Origin: Tubulanus polymorphus
Lineage: Eukaryota; Animalia; Nemertea
Assembly (NCBI RefSeq): GCF_964204645.1
Contig: NC_134033.1
Location: 11,416,655 to 11,480,654, forward strand
Direction of reading: 5' to 3'
Length of the DNA stretch: 64,000 nucleotides
Shown here: in pieces, positions 38,125 to 50,402 of the stretch
How positions within the stretch are numbered: the first letter of the stretch is position 1
How the letters are laid out: every line of letters starts with the position of its first letter
Position numbers and translations under genes: made by a program
The notes under the pieces: generated by a model
Database searches by the model: none
The model's input: only the letters and a program-made list of their open reading frames with translations
Told to the model about the DNA's origin: nothing

Positions 38125-39125
38125 ATGCAACGGTTAAACAGCTGAAAGCTCCAAAATAGCTACAGATAGATCGTTGGTCGAGAAAAAGGTCTCTCCAAGA
38201 AATACAAGACACACCTGCTTTGTTGGTTAGGTGTTGGTTTGTCGGGCAAAGTTTCTCCTGTAGGTGGGCTCTAATATTAAAATGTTTGTTGGATCGGGCG
38301 AAAATCTAACGCCTGGGGTTGGGATGCGTTTTGTCCCGTCTTCCATATATATATTGACAACCAATTATTTTGCACAATATTCTGTTAATTACAAGAAATA
38401 TTTTGTGTGTAGAAAAATAAAGCATATCAATATCATATCAACCGATGTTGACATTGATTGGTGGATCATCTGCAAGTACCTTCCGTGGAATCATCGTGGC
38501 TCCCTCCTGTGTGTTCAATACAATCAGCGACTCGCGCTGCAGCTTTCCGCGTTAAGGGCGCCAAAACGCCAGAACGCCTAAACGAAATAAAAACGTCAAA
38601 TTTTCTTAAAAAATCCGTTTTGGCGTACCAAAACAAAGAAAATTCCGTTTTGGCGCCCCAAACGAACTGCCACCTGGAACAATCGTGTATTGTGGACACT
38701 GTTATGTAGTTTAGATATATCTGGCATAGTTATTTAATAGCGTCTATTTTCGGTGAATAAAAACACCTTAAGATAATTTTGGAACTTCATGTTTTTGTAT
38801 TAATCATTCCAATCAATTACGATTATGGTCATACTTTCAGCTCATCGTAGTGGATGGAGTTAATGATGCTTTTACGTGTAATCTAACCCCTGTCCTACAT
38901 GCTTTCAGTATTGCTTTAGAACAATTTCAGTTTTTGATTTTACCATGTCTGAGAAGAACTAATCCATACAATCCATTTTGCTACGTATTTTGTGAAATTA
39001 CTCATAATGTACATATGGGCTATTTAGGTAATTTTCGTGTTGAATTCGACGAACAGATTTGATGTTTTGATAGTGACAAGTGCAGAAAATTATCTAATCG
39101 CTAAACAGATTGTCTCTTCAATGAT

Positions 39126-40211
39126 ATGACCTCCAAAAAGCCATTGTGTCTTCAGTTAAGTTGCATTAGGATATCAGAACGGATAGAGGACACTTCCTAC
39201 ACATATGAGCTACTCATATCTGCGAGCTTTGCCATTCTTGAATACTTAACAATCGAAGAAATCATAAGAGCCGATATGACTCTTTCATACTGGAATAACA
39301 CTGCCGGTTTAGAATCGATCCGATACGTTAGCCTATTATTCAACCAGTATTTCCCATCGGTCATAATAGGGCTGGGCGTACCGGCAAACATCTTAGCTAT
39401 CATAGTGCTCAGCTCGCCACGTTACCGGGGTCTTACTACATCCTTCTATCTGAGATTCCTGTCGGTTTGCGATACGAACTTATTGGCTGTTGTGTTATTG
39501 CTTAGTTACCTGGAAGACAATCGCCCGGAATTGATTTCGAACGTTTTTTGTAAAATTTACTTCACCGAAGACTATTTCGGTTTCGCGATATCGAACAGTC
39601 TGTTAGTCGTTGTTACTGTCGATAGATTCGTAGCGATACAATTCCCGTTAAAAGCGAAGAGCTGGTGCACGGTTAAGCGAGCAAAATGGGTCGTTCTGTT
39701 TATATTTGTAGCATTATGCTATTCACATTTGTTGATCTACGGTGGATCGGAAACACCGATCTACGGCGGTGAACCATTCTGTCGACTTCAACTAGAAGGC
39801 GTTTGGAGGGACGTGTTCTATATGTTTGACGTCATATATTCTGTTTATATACCATTCCCTGTCCTGCTTATTCTCAACATCTTAATGGCCAGAATTGTAC
39901 TGAAGAGCAGGAAACAACGTGAAAGTACTTCGTCCGGTACAAAATTGCACCAACGAGAAATTTCCCTCACGATTCTCCTACTTCTCGTCTGTTTTGTGTT
40001 CCTTGTAACAAGTTTACCCTACGTTTTCCATGCAAATTTTTGGGAAAGTGGCAACGTTGATTATGAAAACGACCCCGCGAGTTCTTCTATATCTCATGTT
40101 GTTCTGTTCATCAATCCGATGGTAAATTTCTACCTGTATTGTTTGGGAAGTTCGAAATTCCGTGGTGAGTTTAAGAGACTATTGAGGTGTTGGGCTTCAG
40201 CAGTGCGATAG
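39126..40211 (+). CDS. Intronless class A orphan GPCR (FMRFamide-receptor-like/Srw-like expansion), GPCR-A copy 1; true start possibly 39276
   Basis: 7 TM. GVPANIL, LSVCD, VDRFVAIQFP, SLPY, INPMVNFYLY. In-frame 6- and 21-nt deletions relative to copy 2. Confidence 0.88.
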   Translation: MTSKKPLCLQLSCIRISERIEDTSYTYELLISASFAILEYLTIEEIIRADMTLSYWNNTAGLESIRYVSLLFNQYFPSVIIGLGVPANILAIIVLSSPRYRGLTTSFYLRFLSVCDTNLLAVVLLLSYLEDNRPELISNVFCKIYFTEDYFGFAISNSLLVVVTVDRFVAIQFPLKAKSWCTVKRAKWVVLFIFVALCYSHLLIYGGSETPIYGGEPFCRLQLEGVWRDVFYMFDVIYSVYIPFPVLLILNILMARIVLKSRKQRESTSSGTKLHQREISLTILLLLVCFVFLVTSLPYVFHANFWESGNVDYENDPASSSISHVVLFINPMVNFYLYCLGSSKFRGEFKRLLRCWASAVR

Positions 40212-41459
40212 TTCGATTCCTTTCGTTCTTATTATACACACCGGACCTCTTTGTAGTTCAGCCACTGTGCTTCATTGGTAGACATTCTACGTATTAATTT
40301 TCCAATGAATTACAAAATATGATGTATTTCTATCTTGTTTATATGTGGTAGAAATAAAGTAATTACTTTAATGCAGATAATTCATCAAAACAGCAATGGC
40401 GCAATGTCTGTACTGGAATCTTCTCTTCATTTTTGTCGTTGATAATTCTGTTGGCAAATATTAAACTCTCTTTAAACCTGAATACTGAAAACATAATCTG
40501 CTCATCATTTTACTTCCACTGCATTCTCGATTTTCTACTCGATTGAAATACACTAGTAGATGGCTCATTTCTCGTCGGAGGCACCACTTCTATCGAAAGT
40601 AGTTTAGAATCTCATTGAGATTCTCGAATTGTAATCTGTCATATGTCATTATTTTCTCCAAATGCAAGACTGGTTTTGGTCTATCCAGAGATGTAAACGT
40701 GTAACGGTTTGAATAATGATAGATCGAAATATTGTATCAACCATGCTTATTCGTCAAAGAATTAACTTCCAGTAAAACATCACCGTTTTAGGCAGGTCAT
40801 CTACACAGAGGATTATTGAAAGTATTTGTGTTGCACTTGATCAAAATCTCTTTTTCCATCTTTTACGAGTCACATAAACAATATTTGTCGTAGTGCTAAT
40901 TGTCATCTAGGGATATACGCTACGGTATTTAAGCCAGCAAGGCAAAAACCCGCATCACTGCTTTGCGGCTGTATTTAGGGTTTTCTGCGACTTCGTAGGA
41001 CGTATTGTTTTCTCGTCATTATCATTGACCGCCCCCTTTTCCAGCCAGCGAGTGTTTCTAAAGTTCGTTCGACTTCTTCCAGCTTCTAAACGTTATGTTA
41101 AATTACTAAAAAGAATAAACGACACTGTATAAACTGCTAACTGGGTGTCTTATCATAAAATGAAACTTACTCTGTAACGTGAAATATTGTATATTGTATA
41201 TAATACAAGCGTATCTGCCTTATACTAGCTGATGTATCCATTTCAAATACATTCGACACCCCGGAAATCAGAAACCGGTGACGCTACAGGGAAATCACTA
41301 ATTGCCTCATAAAAAACGAGGATTCACATCAACCATCTACAAATGAAGAAGATATCAATTCTGAGTCCGCCTGAATCATATTTCACAATTCAGTTACTAC
41401 AGCTTTCCATTATAAGTTGTTACCTGTAAGGGTTAGTAAGCATCATTCTCGTTTACACT

Positions 41460-41645
41460 TCACCTCCGTGCTGCTCCACCGTGCCGCTCTTCCGCGCAAC
41501 TCCTCCGTGCCGCTCCACCGTACCGCTCCTGCGTGCCGCTCCACCATCCCGCTCCTGCGTGCCGCTCCTCCATTCCTCCGTGCCACTCCTGCGTGCTGCT
41601 CCTGCGTTCCGTTCTTCCGTGCTTCTCCTGCGTGCTTCTCCTCTA
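41460..41645. repeat. Degenerate GC-rich minisatellite (CTCC-GTGC-CG units) upstream of GPCR-B
   Basis: Low-complexity repeats. A shorter version is in the inverted copy at about 50535-50655. Confidence 0.8.
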
Positions 41646-41778
41646 AAACGCGAGGAAACACGGTCAGTTTAACCTACGAATAATTATCTCGACGAGGTAA
41701 TTGGGCTCGTCGGTTTATAAAACTGCGCTCCCAAACAGTATACACTTGTATAACACTCTCACTTGATCCTCGTAACTG

Positions 41779-42729
41779 ATGAATTCGACTCGGATACAAA
41801 TCGGTCGACCTTACAACAGTTACATCGTTCTCACGTCGTTGGTGAACAAGTCTGGAAGCTATCGTATCGTGCCAATGGTCATTATGCTTATTCTATTGCC
41901 AATTGGAATCTTCGGAAATTCGGCAACTTTCCTGATAATGATAAGTCGTAGATTCCGCAGGTTATCTTACGCTAATTATCTCATCGTTTTGGCTGTCAGT
42001 GACTTTTTGTATATCATCAATTGCGCATTGATGCCTGTGTTACAGTTTGTTCTCTTGTTCGCGAAACCTCCGATATTCACCATGAGTTCATTAACCAGTT
42101 GTCAAATCTACGAATTTTTTATGATAGTTGTTGTCAGTAATAGTTCGTGGTTGATAGTAGCGATATCTCTAGAACGTGCGGCAGTTGTGCTCTTCCCGTT
42201 CACATCTCGTTTGATATGTACACCTACATTCGCCCGACTTATAATATTGGTAATTACCGCCGTGAATGTTCTGATTCTATATCTCATACCTACTTTGTCG
42301 ATACGTTTTGTCAACCAGTCTTTCGGATGTTACTACGACGTATTTGACCAGGGAATGATGTTTACCATCAATGTCATCCATATTAACCTCCTACCTTTAA
42401 CCTTTATTATCATGTCTAATTCTGTCATAATAGTTCAGTTGTTATTCAGAGGTTCGAAAATGGTTTCGTCCGATCAGAAAACTACAAAATCAAAACGTAC
42501 AACGATAATGCTTGTAACTGTTTCACTCGCATTTGCTATGTTTAATCTACCGAACACCATTTCCGTACTGTTACCAATTTCCACAAAACTAATGAATTTC
42601 CTACTTGACATTTTTACCCAGTTTTATGTTTGTAACTATGTGATAAATTTCTACATATATCTTTTACTTGGACGAGAAATTCGTGAATATTTTTGTACAA
42701 AGATCTGCTGTAGAAATTCGGTCAAATAA
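41779..42729 (+). CDS. Intronless class A orphan GPCR, GPCR-B copy 1
   Basis: GIFGNS, LAVSD, SLERAAVVLFP, NLP, INFYIY. Confidence 0.88.
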   Translation: MNSTRIQIGRPYNSYIVLTSLVNKSGSYRIVPMVIMLILLPIGIFGNSATFLIMISRRFRRLSYANYLIVLAVSDFLYIINCALMPVLQFVLLFAKPPIFTMSSLTSCQIYEFFMIVVVSNSSWLIVAISLERAAVVLFPFTSRLICTPTFARLIILVITAVNVLILYLIPTLSIRFVNQSFGCYYDVFDQGMMFTINVIHINLLPLTFIIMSNSVIIVQLLFRGSKMVSSDQKTTKSKRTTIMLVTVSLAFAMFNLPNTISVLLPISTKLMNFLLDIFTQFYVCNYVINFYIYLLLGREIREYFCTKICCRNSVK

Positions 42730-42884
42730 TCATTGATTTCAAGTTTACACCAATCAACTTCAACTCGTATTTAATTATGGCGGTTTCCTGACAAAAAGAA
42801 CTCTTGGGCATCTATTGAGCTAAGTAGAAGATGTTTGAGTACCTTTTTCTTCGACATGAAATTTTTCCAAGCGATTTTTATCGA

Positions 42885-43032
42885 TTATTTTCCAAGTTTC
42901 TATATACTTGTAAATTCAATTTAACAGCGTATTTCTGATTCACGTGATAATTTTGAACAAAAAGTTACCTTCTGCGGCAAAGGTTCCGATGACCATAAAC
43001 AAGGCCAAGGCGATGAACAGAGTCTTGTACAT
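42885..43032 (-). pseudogene. Six-Cys peptide gene T1a: signal-peptide exon only, mature exon deleted
   Basis: Exon 43032-42969 encodes MYKTLFIALALFMVIGTFAAE followed by a GT donor. The intron is cut at 42885, where the sequence joins the GPCR-B downstream region. Confidence 0.8.
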
Positions 43033-43291
43033 ATTCTGAAAGTGAATGACAATTTTCCTAGTTCACTAATTATTCTATTTATCAAAAAGTAGAATACAGC
43101 AATTTTTCCCGAATGTGTTCATGAATTTAACAACTTTCTTTGTCTGACAAAGATGATATTTTAAGTAAATGTTATGTTACGAATGTAGAAACTTGAAAGC
43201 AACGAGGAGATGTGGATTGGTCCGAACCCCCAATCACGCCAGTCCACACTGGGAGGTATTCGAACCTATGCGAAACCCAGTTATGGTAAAC

Positions 43292-43323
43292 CATGGACGT
43301 ATTAACTAGATTATACGTCCATG
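43292..43323. mobile_element. 32-bp CATGGACGT...ACGTCCATG palindrome with 7-bp TSD (putative P-element excision footprint); paralog at 61150-61181
   Basis: Flanks are GGTAAAC/GGTATAC here and GGTAAAC/GGTAAAC in the paralog. Confidence 0.65.
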
Positions 43324-44364
43324 GGTATACCTATCCCCCGTGGGCATTTATCACTGCAGCAACGAGCCTGGTTCATTCATTAGTCACCGCTACTTCTGCT
43401 AATCGTCAAGTTTTATCACTTACCTCAGCTTTATTGTGCGTCTTGTTAATGCAATCCACAACAGTAGACTGAAGGCAGAAATTAATCCTTTATGTGAACA
43501 AAGTGTGGTGAACGGCTTTTTCACATAAGCAGCTTTGAAGATCTTCAGAATAAATCCAAGTTCTAAATCAGACATTCGTACAATGCTGATAATTCGTATA
43601 ATTCGTATAATACATGCTGAATATTTTCACGCACGTAGGGCTTAAAGATATATTTAGGAAAAATGATTTCGTTTTCGTTATTTTTGTGAACCAATGTTTG
43701 TGTGGCGTCATAATTAACATATGAAATTATGATTTTCCTTACAGTAATACTCATTACGGTAAGATTTTCAGAATTAATCCAAGTTCTAAATCAGACATTC
43801 GTATAATCCTGCTGAATATTTTCACGCACGTAGGGCTTAAAGATATATTTAGGAAAAATGATTTCGTTTTCGTTAATTTTGTGAACCCATTGCTTTGTGA
43901 GGCGTCATAATCATCATATTAAATTCTGATTTTCCTTACGGTAATAGTCATCTACTTGAGGAAAGTGGCAAAATATCAAGCCCGAGAGCTGGAGTTTACG
44001 TAGGTAAACTCAAGTAACCGGAATTTTTGTAAATGGGCATTTTCCACAAAAATCAATCTTCTCGGAAAATAAAGAACCTTAACGAGCACAGTTCATTCTT
44101 CACCATTGGTTTATTGGTCCAACGTTGATAAATTCTTCGCTTGATTTCCCTCATTCCTTCTGGAATTTTTACCTCTGGCATTTTTACCTACGAAGTGATT
44201 TTACCTCTGCCATTTTTACTTCTGCCATTATTACCTCTGGCATTTTTACCTCTGGCATTAATACCTGGATTCTATTGACGACCACATTTTTTTTGGTATT
44301 TGTGTTACTCAACATGTTTATCAATTCAGAATGTGGCTTTGTTATAAGAATAAACCGATTGCTG

Positions 44365-44494
44365 GGCCCAGTTTCACAAAGAAGTTTAACTCAAATTTTT
44401 GGTGTAATTGCCATTGGTTACTTCATGTTTTCAATGAGGACATTGAATTCAAACTTAACTGTTTTAGACTTAAACTTTTTCGTGAAACTGGGCC
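44365..44494. mobile_element. PIF/Harbinger MITE with CTG TSD
   Basis: Perfect TIR GGCCCAGTTTCAC with CTG on both sides. The paralogous empty site has a single CTG at 61970-61972. Confidence 0.9.
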
Positions 44495-44876
44495 CTGCAC
44501 CATTGTTACTCCATTCCCCAACATTCTTGATTTCATACCCTTAAACAAATGCTAAATGTAACTTTCATGGCGTAGAATGCTGTTGTAGATTCATGCAGAT
44601 CAATCTACAGCATTGAACCATCCTTAAATACATTCTTTAGGTGACGTGGTATTTGTGTTTTTCCCAGACAGACACTACATCATTATACAGTCAGAAGCTT
44701 TGTTTAAAAACGATTGTTTCGAATGAAAATGTCATGTAAATGATATCCGAGCTTGCTATGACACAGATGATTTCTCTTGTTGAATAGTTTTTGTCCTCAT
44801 TAATCACCATCTTTATGTGAGAGTATAAGCTGTATGCCAGACAGTAGCAGTTGTTCGAAATATGATAGAAAATAGG

Positions 44877-45114
<238 letters not shown>

Positions 45115-46964
45115 ATATATCTTTAACTTGATGCCTAGATTCCATGCATTGCTTGACAAATCCAGGAAGAAAGACACTAAATAGTTGGATGGATATATGA
45201 AAGCTGTGCGTACTGGAGTGTGTAATGGGTAGTGTAGTGTGATCTGTGTACATTTGTGGCCAGCACACAGATCACATTGTTCATTGGGGTTTGGTCCAGG
45301 ACTCGCGAGATTTTCAACAACACGGAAGTAACGTGTAATAAATGATGACTTGAATTGCATGACTACCTACCACCCCTCATTATTGTTGGAAAACTAAACA
45401 ATCCGCACTGACTAAAAATTAGTAATAATAATTAATAACATTTTAGAAATGGCCAGAATTTTAACTTAGGTTCTATCTAATTTTTATTTTACAATTGCGA
45501 TTGGTATAATTTTTTTTAAACGGCCGTTAAGGCTTCATGTTTCGTCAGCAATTCACTGCAAATAGTTACGCAACTACGCACATTTCAGTGTTTTTGGCAG
45601 CTGTACACTCAATCGGCACCGTTCGTGACTAGCTTCACTGCGGAATTATCATAAATTAACATCGCCATATCACATCATTAACTTGTATAGTGCCTTAAAA
45701 CCCTAACAGCCGAAATAATTGAAATGCACACACGATTTCTATCATTGAAAATTGAGAGAGTGGCCATGTTTGTGTTCTGCAGCTTTGCGTAAATCCCGCG
45801 CGGTGGCGCAACCGCGTGGAGTGTGGCCGATACGTCCAGCGATACTGTTAAAAGGTGAAGTGCCTCCTGGAGGCAGCACAATGCATAGTATCACAATTTC
45901 CTTAAAAAACAACCGATGAAACCATGTCATAAAGAAATATACAAAGTTTAATGAATTTATCTTAAACGGTAACGGCGATCGTTGCGACCCCATACTTTTA
46001 CTGATGGCAGCTCATCAGAAAAAAAATCATTGTATAGCAATTACCTATGGGACCATACCCCGAACAAGTGTACCGAGTTTCATTAAATCATCTTGCGCGG
46101 TTACTGTTAAAAATGTATTTCATTGACTCGTTATAAACCATCATAGTATGGGTCAGATATTATCAATAACCGATATTTTCATGAACTAATCTGTATTCCA
46201 GACTAGACTGAGAAGATCGTTATAGACTGATAATCATCGCTTTCATTATCCTAATATTTTCTCTAAAGGGTTCGTTTCTATACGGATTTATCGAATAACT
46301 TTATTTTCTGCACAGCAATGTGTTCCCGTCATGCAATGTGTGCCCGTCATGCAATGTGTTCCCATCATGCAATATGTTCCCGTCATGTATCCTACACGCA
46401 TTGATGTAACATCGTGTACCGGAACTACATTTTGGCGATGTCTTCGACAAATTAAATTCATTTTCAATATGATGGATATCGCCGCATTTTGTTTTTTCGG
46501 GTGGTCACGATCAATTAGTTTTGGTTTTGTTAAAATGTTGTGGCGAAAATATAATTCAAAATCATGTTTTCAGCAGAAATATGTGGAGAGTATAATTGTT
46601 ATATGAATATATGTTTACACAACCTAAAATTTCATCATTCATTTCATAAAAAACTCGACAATAATATTATAGCTAAGAACACAACTACAGGCTGACCGAA
46701 GGCTCCTTGTAATTCTTGAACATGTTCCGCTGGAACTTTTGTTTTCCCTCGACGAGGTCTCAAGGTCCACGGACCTCTCTTTAATTCAGTCTCTGGAAAG
46801 GCCGGTTAGAAATGGGTAACCATAAGTCCTAATCCTCCAGTGGAAATATTAGTGACCAATAATCATAACTTCAAGAATTTCTTAATTCTGACGTTGTTTT
46901 ATATTCGGTTCATACATGATCAGGCAAATTTATCAATATCATGATGCCGTGCAGCCAATATCCT

Positions 46965-47253
46965 TTACAAACAACATTTCCCAAGCATGGCTGGGCAACA
47001 AGATCTGTCTGCAGAGAAAAACCAATATGTACCCTTTTGGCTATTGCAATAGCAACTAACTCCTCTTTTTTGAAACCCCACTTCTGAAAAATTTAGAAAA
47101 AACCCGTTTAGGTGGGAATTGTATTGAAAACAATACGTAAACTTATCTGATTGCACGTGAACCGAATGATTGTCATAGATTACCTTCATTTGCTGCGATA
47201 GTTCCAATGACCATAAATAAGGCCAACGCGATGAACAGAGTTTTATTGAACAT
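46965..47253 (-). CDS. Secreted six-cysteine toxin/defensin-like peptide precursor T2a (62 aa, intact)
   Basis: Coding exons 47253-47184 and 47083-46965, phase-1 GT-AG intron. MFNKTLFIALALFMVIGTIAANE-EVGFQKR-GVSCYCNSQKGTYWFFSADRSCCPAMLGKCCL*. Probable non-coding exon donor near 47724. Confidence 0.88.
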
Positions 47254-47338
47254 ACTGAAATAAATACGTTACAATATTACATAACAACTAGTTAATAGAC
47301 GACAGAATAAACCTAGTAATAGAACCTATTAGCTGGAT

Positions 47339-47368
47339 CATGGACTCTAAAACGTTTTAGAGTCCATG
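47339..47368. mobile_element. Perfect 30-bp palindrome with 7-bp TSD GCTGGAT (putative P-element footprint); paralog 55288-55317
   Basis: GCTGGAT-CATGGACTCTAAAACGTTTTAGAGTCCATG-GCTGGAT. Confidence 0.7.
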
Positions 47369-47640
47369 GCTGGATGAAGAATATTTTGAATTTGAGTCAT
47401 CGAGTTTTTGTTTTCGGCTCGAATGGTTACATGTAGATGAACAAAATGCTAGTTCATTTGGTAAATTCTCAGACAAGTCAAATTAAGTGAAATAAAACTC
47501 CACATATTTAGACCTGGGTTCAATACCAAATTCAAGAACTGGGTCCACAGCCAAATGAAACCGATTCAATTCAGGTCAAAATCAGATAGAATCCACACAT
47601 TATTGTGGAACAGGATCATTTCTGTATTGAATGATTAAAC

Positions 47641-47675
47641 CATGGAGTATAAAACGATTAGTTTCAGAGTCCATG
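47641..47675. mobile_element. 35-bp imperfect palindrome with 7-bp TSD ATTAAAC (putative P-element footprint); paralog 54982-55016
   Basis: ATTAAAC-CATGGAGTATAAAACGATTAGTTTCAGAGTCCATG-ATTAAAC. Confidence 0.65.
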
Positions 47676-48625
47676 ATTAAACCTACTAGAGGCTATATGT
47701 TACAAACCACGGAGCTGTACATACCTTATCGTGTGTTTCAAGTAAACAATATCATACAGTTTATAATTCCAGTCTTATACATTTCCCAAATTCCCGAATT
47801 CGTCATTTCAGACAAATCGTGTCATATATCATCATAATTCCGTCTGAATATGGCTTGATTTTTTCTGCATGTAGAGCCTTCCATCATTTAACGCTCTAGA
47901 ATTAGGATTAGCGATCAGAAAATGAAACTTCAAACTCCTCACGGTTGCAGCGATATACGGTAATAAAAAAATACCTTTCTTACATTTGTGGAACTACCTC
48001 CTACGGCCCTCAAATCTTGCCTCTTGGTCTACCGCTGACATCACGACAAATTATGATTCTGAAAATTCATAATCCTTTGTTTCGTAACAGGATTACATAC
48101 GCGTAAATTAAAATAAATTTCATAACAACAGGATTATAAACGGATTATAGGTATATGTTTCACTTATTTACTCGATACAAGCCATTCGTTTGTATTATAT
48201 ATTATTTATCGATATAACCGATATTTCAATAAAATAGTCATCTGTATTCCAGTCTAGACCGAAGCGATTATTTCAGACGGATGTCATCGATTTTTATTCA
48301 AATATCCTAAAACGAAATATCAGAAAATTATCAATAAGTGAAAGTGAGTAACCGTGAAGAGTTTGACACACGGCTGAATTTGACCACATATCCAACTCTG
48401 AAATCTCTCGAATCCGTTGTCGCAGTTCTTGAACTGAGTTTTCCTTCACTAAGACACGAACGGTATTTTTGCGATACATTTAAATCACTTTTACTTAAAT
48501 CGCCAGAAATCCAGTTTTACCAAACGGATTGCAGAAAATAGACTATATCAATACGAATCTAACATGAGGAGAGAATCCCACAATGATAATAAAAAGTCAT
48601 AAAATGAAACTTCGAGATAGTAGTT

Positions 48626-48669
48626 TATTTCAACGTTTCGACTATATCCTAATAGTCATCTTCAGGAAT
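48626..48669 (-). ncRNA. Minimal type I hammerhead ribozyme within a short Penelope-like fragment (about 48566-48700)
   Basis: Minus strand reads UAUUC-CUGAAGA-UGACUA-UUAGGAUA-UAGUC-GAAAC-GUU-GAAAUA. Confidence 0.75.
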
Positions 48670-48701
48670 AATGAGATACTACAGAAATTATGAGATATAT
48701 T

Positions 48702-48992
48702 ATATACAATACTCTGTTCATCGCCTTGGCCTTGTTTATGGTCATCGGAGCCTTTACCGCAGAAGGTAATTTTTTGTTCAAAATTATCACGTGAATCAGA
48801 AATACGCTGTTAAATTGAATTTACAAGTATATAGAAACTTGGAAAATAATATTGTTATTGCAGAGATTGAAGTTGAAAAGAGAGGAATTCCTTCCACCTG
48901 TCGTGGAAAGCCGGCAACCTACTGGCTGCTGGGTCCACCTAGCCATCTTTGTTGTCCATTGTTTATATATAGGCAGGTGCTGCCTCAACTAA
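48702..48992 (+). pseudogene. Six-Cys peptide gene T1b, damaged
   Basis: The signal exon runs to 48765. Its native ATG position reads ATA, and an in-frame ATG lies at 48690. The mature exon from 48864 reads EIEVEKR-GIPSTCRGKPATYWLLGPPSHLCCPLFI, with Cys1 changed to Ser and a 4-nt TATA insertion that frameshifts away the final CC. Confidence 0.82.
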
Positions 48993-49448
48993 CGTCGATG
49001 ATCGTCCATTTCTATGATCAACCTTGTACATTGTATAATTTGGTGTATGCTCCAAAACGAATGATAAAAATGATCTAATCATTAAAGCAAGTGTATGTTT
49101 TTCTGAGGCTTTGTAACAAGGCAGGACGACATGTAAAATCTGCAGGTTGCTAGACCGTACGCCTCAGCCCTCGGATCCGTCACTGTTGTTATTGGATTGA
49201 AATTGAAGTTTGCGAGCAGTTTACCACGATTCCATTTCGTCTATATTTCGATTCTTAATCCTTAAAGTCAAGATTCGGAGAGAAAAAAATGCGTCGATAA
49301 AAATCTCTTGGAAAAATTTCATGTCGAAGAAAAAGGTACACAAAAATCGTCTACTTAGCTCAATAGATGCCCAAGAGTTCTTTTTGTCAGGAAACCGCCA
49401 TAATTAAATACGAGTTGAAGTTGATTAGTGTAAACTTGAAATCAATGA

Positions 49449-50402
49449 TTATTTGACCGAATTTCTACAGCAGATCTTTGTACAAAAATATTCACGAATT
49501 TCTCGTCCAAGTAAAAGATATATGTAGAAATTTATCACATAGTTACAAACATGAAACTGGGTAAAAATGTCAAGTAGGAAATTCATTAGTTTTGTGGAAA
49601 TTGGTAACAGTACGGAAATGGTGTTCGGTAGATTAAATATAGCAAATGCGAGTGAAACAGTTACAAGCATTATCGTTGTACGTTTTGATTTTGTAGTTTT
49701 CTGATCGGACGAAACCATTTTCGAACCTCTGAATAACAACTGAACTATTATGACAGAATTAGACATGATAATAAAGGTTAGAGGTAGGAGGTTAATATGG
49801 ATGACATTAATGGTAAACATCATTCCCTGGTCAAATACGTCGTAGTAACATCCGAAAGACTGGTCGAAAAAATGTATCGACAAAGTAGGTATGAGATATA
49901 GAATCAGAACATTCACGGCGGTAATTACCAATATTATAAATCGGGCGAATGTAGGTGTACATATCAAACGAGATGTGAACGGGAAGAGCACAACTGCCGC
50001 ACGTTCTAGAGATATCGCTACTATCAACCACGAACTATTACTGACAACAACTATCATAAAAAATTCGTAGATTTGACAACTGGTTAATGAACTCATGGTG
50101 AATATCGGAGGTTTCGCGAACAAGAGAACAAACTGTAACACAGGCATCAATGCGCAATTGATGATATACAAAAAGTCACTGACAGCCAAAACGATGAGAT
50201 AATTAGCGTAAGATAACCTGCGGAATCTACGACTTATCATTATCAGGAAAGTTGCCGAATTTCCGTAGGTTCCAATTGGCAATAGAATAAGCATAATGAC
50301 CATTGGCACGATACGATAGCTTCCAGACTTGTTCACCAACGACGTGAGAACGATGTAACTGTTGTAAGGGCGACCGATTTGTATCTGAGTCGAATTCATC
50401 AT
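49449..50402 (-). CDS. Intronless class A orphan GPCR, GPCR-B copy 2
   Basis: Near-identical to 41779..42729. Confidence 0.88.
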   Translation of the reverse strand: MMNSTQIQIGRPYNSYIVLTSLVNKSGSYRIVPMVIMLILLPIGTYGNSATFLIMISRRFRRLSYANYLIVLAVSDFLYIINCALMPVLQFVLLFAKPPIFTMSSLTSCQIYEFFMIVVVSNSSWLIVAISLERAAVVLFPFTSRLICTPTFARFIILVITAVNVLILYLIPTLSIHFFDQSFGCYYDVFDQGMMFTINVIHINLLPLTFIIMSNSVIIVQLLFRGSKMVSSDQKTTKSKRTTIMLVTVSLAFAIFNLPNTISVLLPISTKLMNFLLDIFTQFHVCNYVINFYIYLLLGREIREYFCTKICCRNSVK

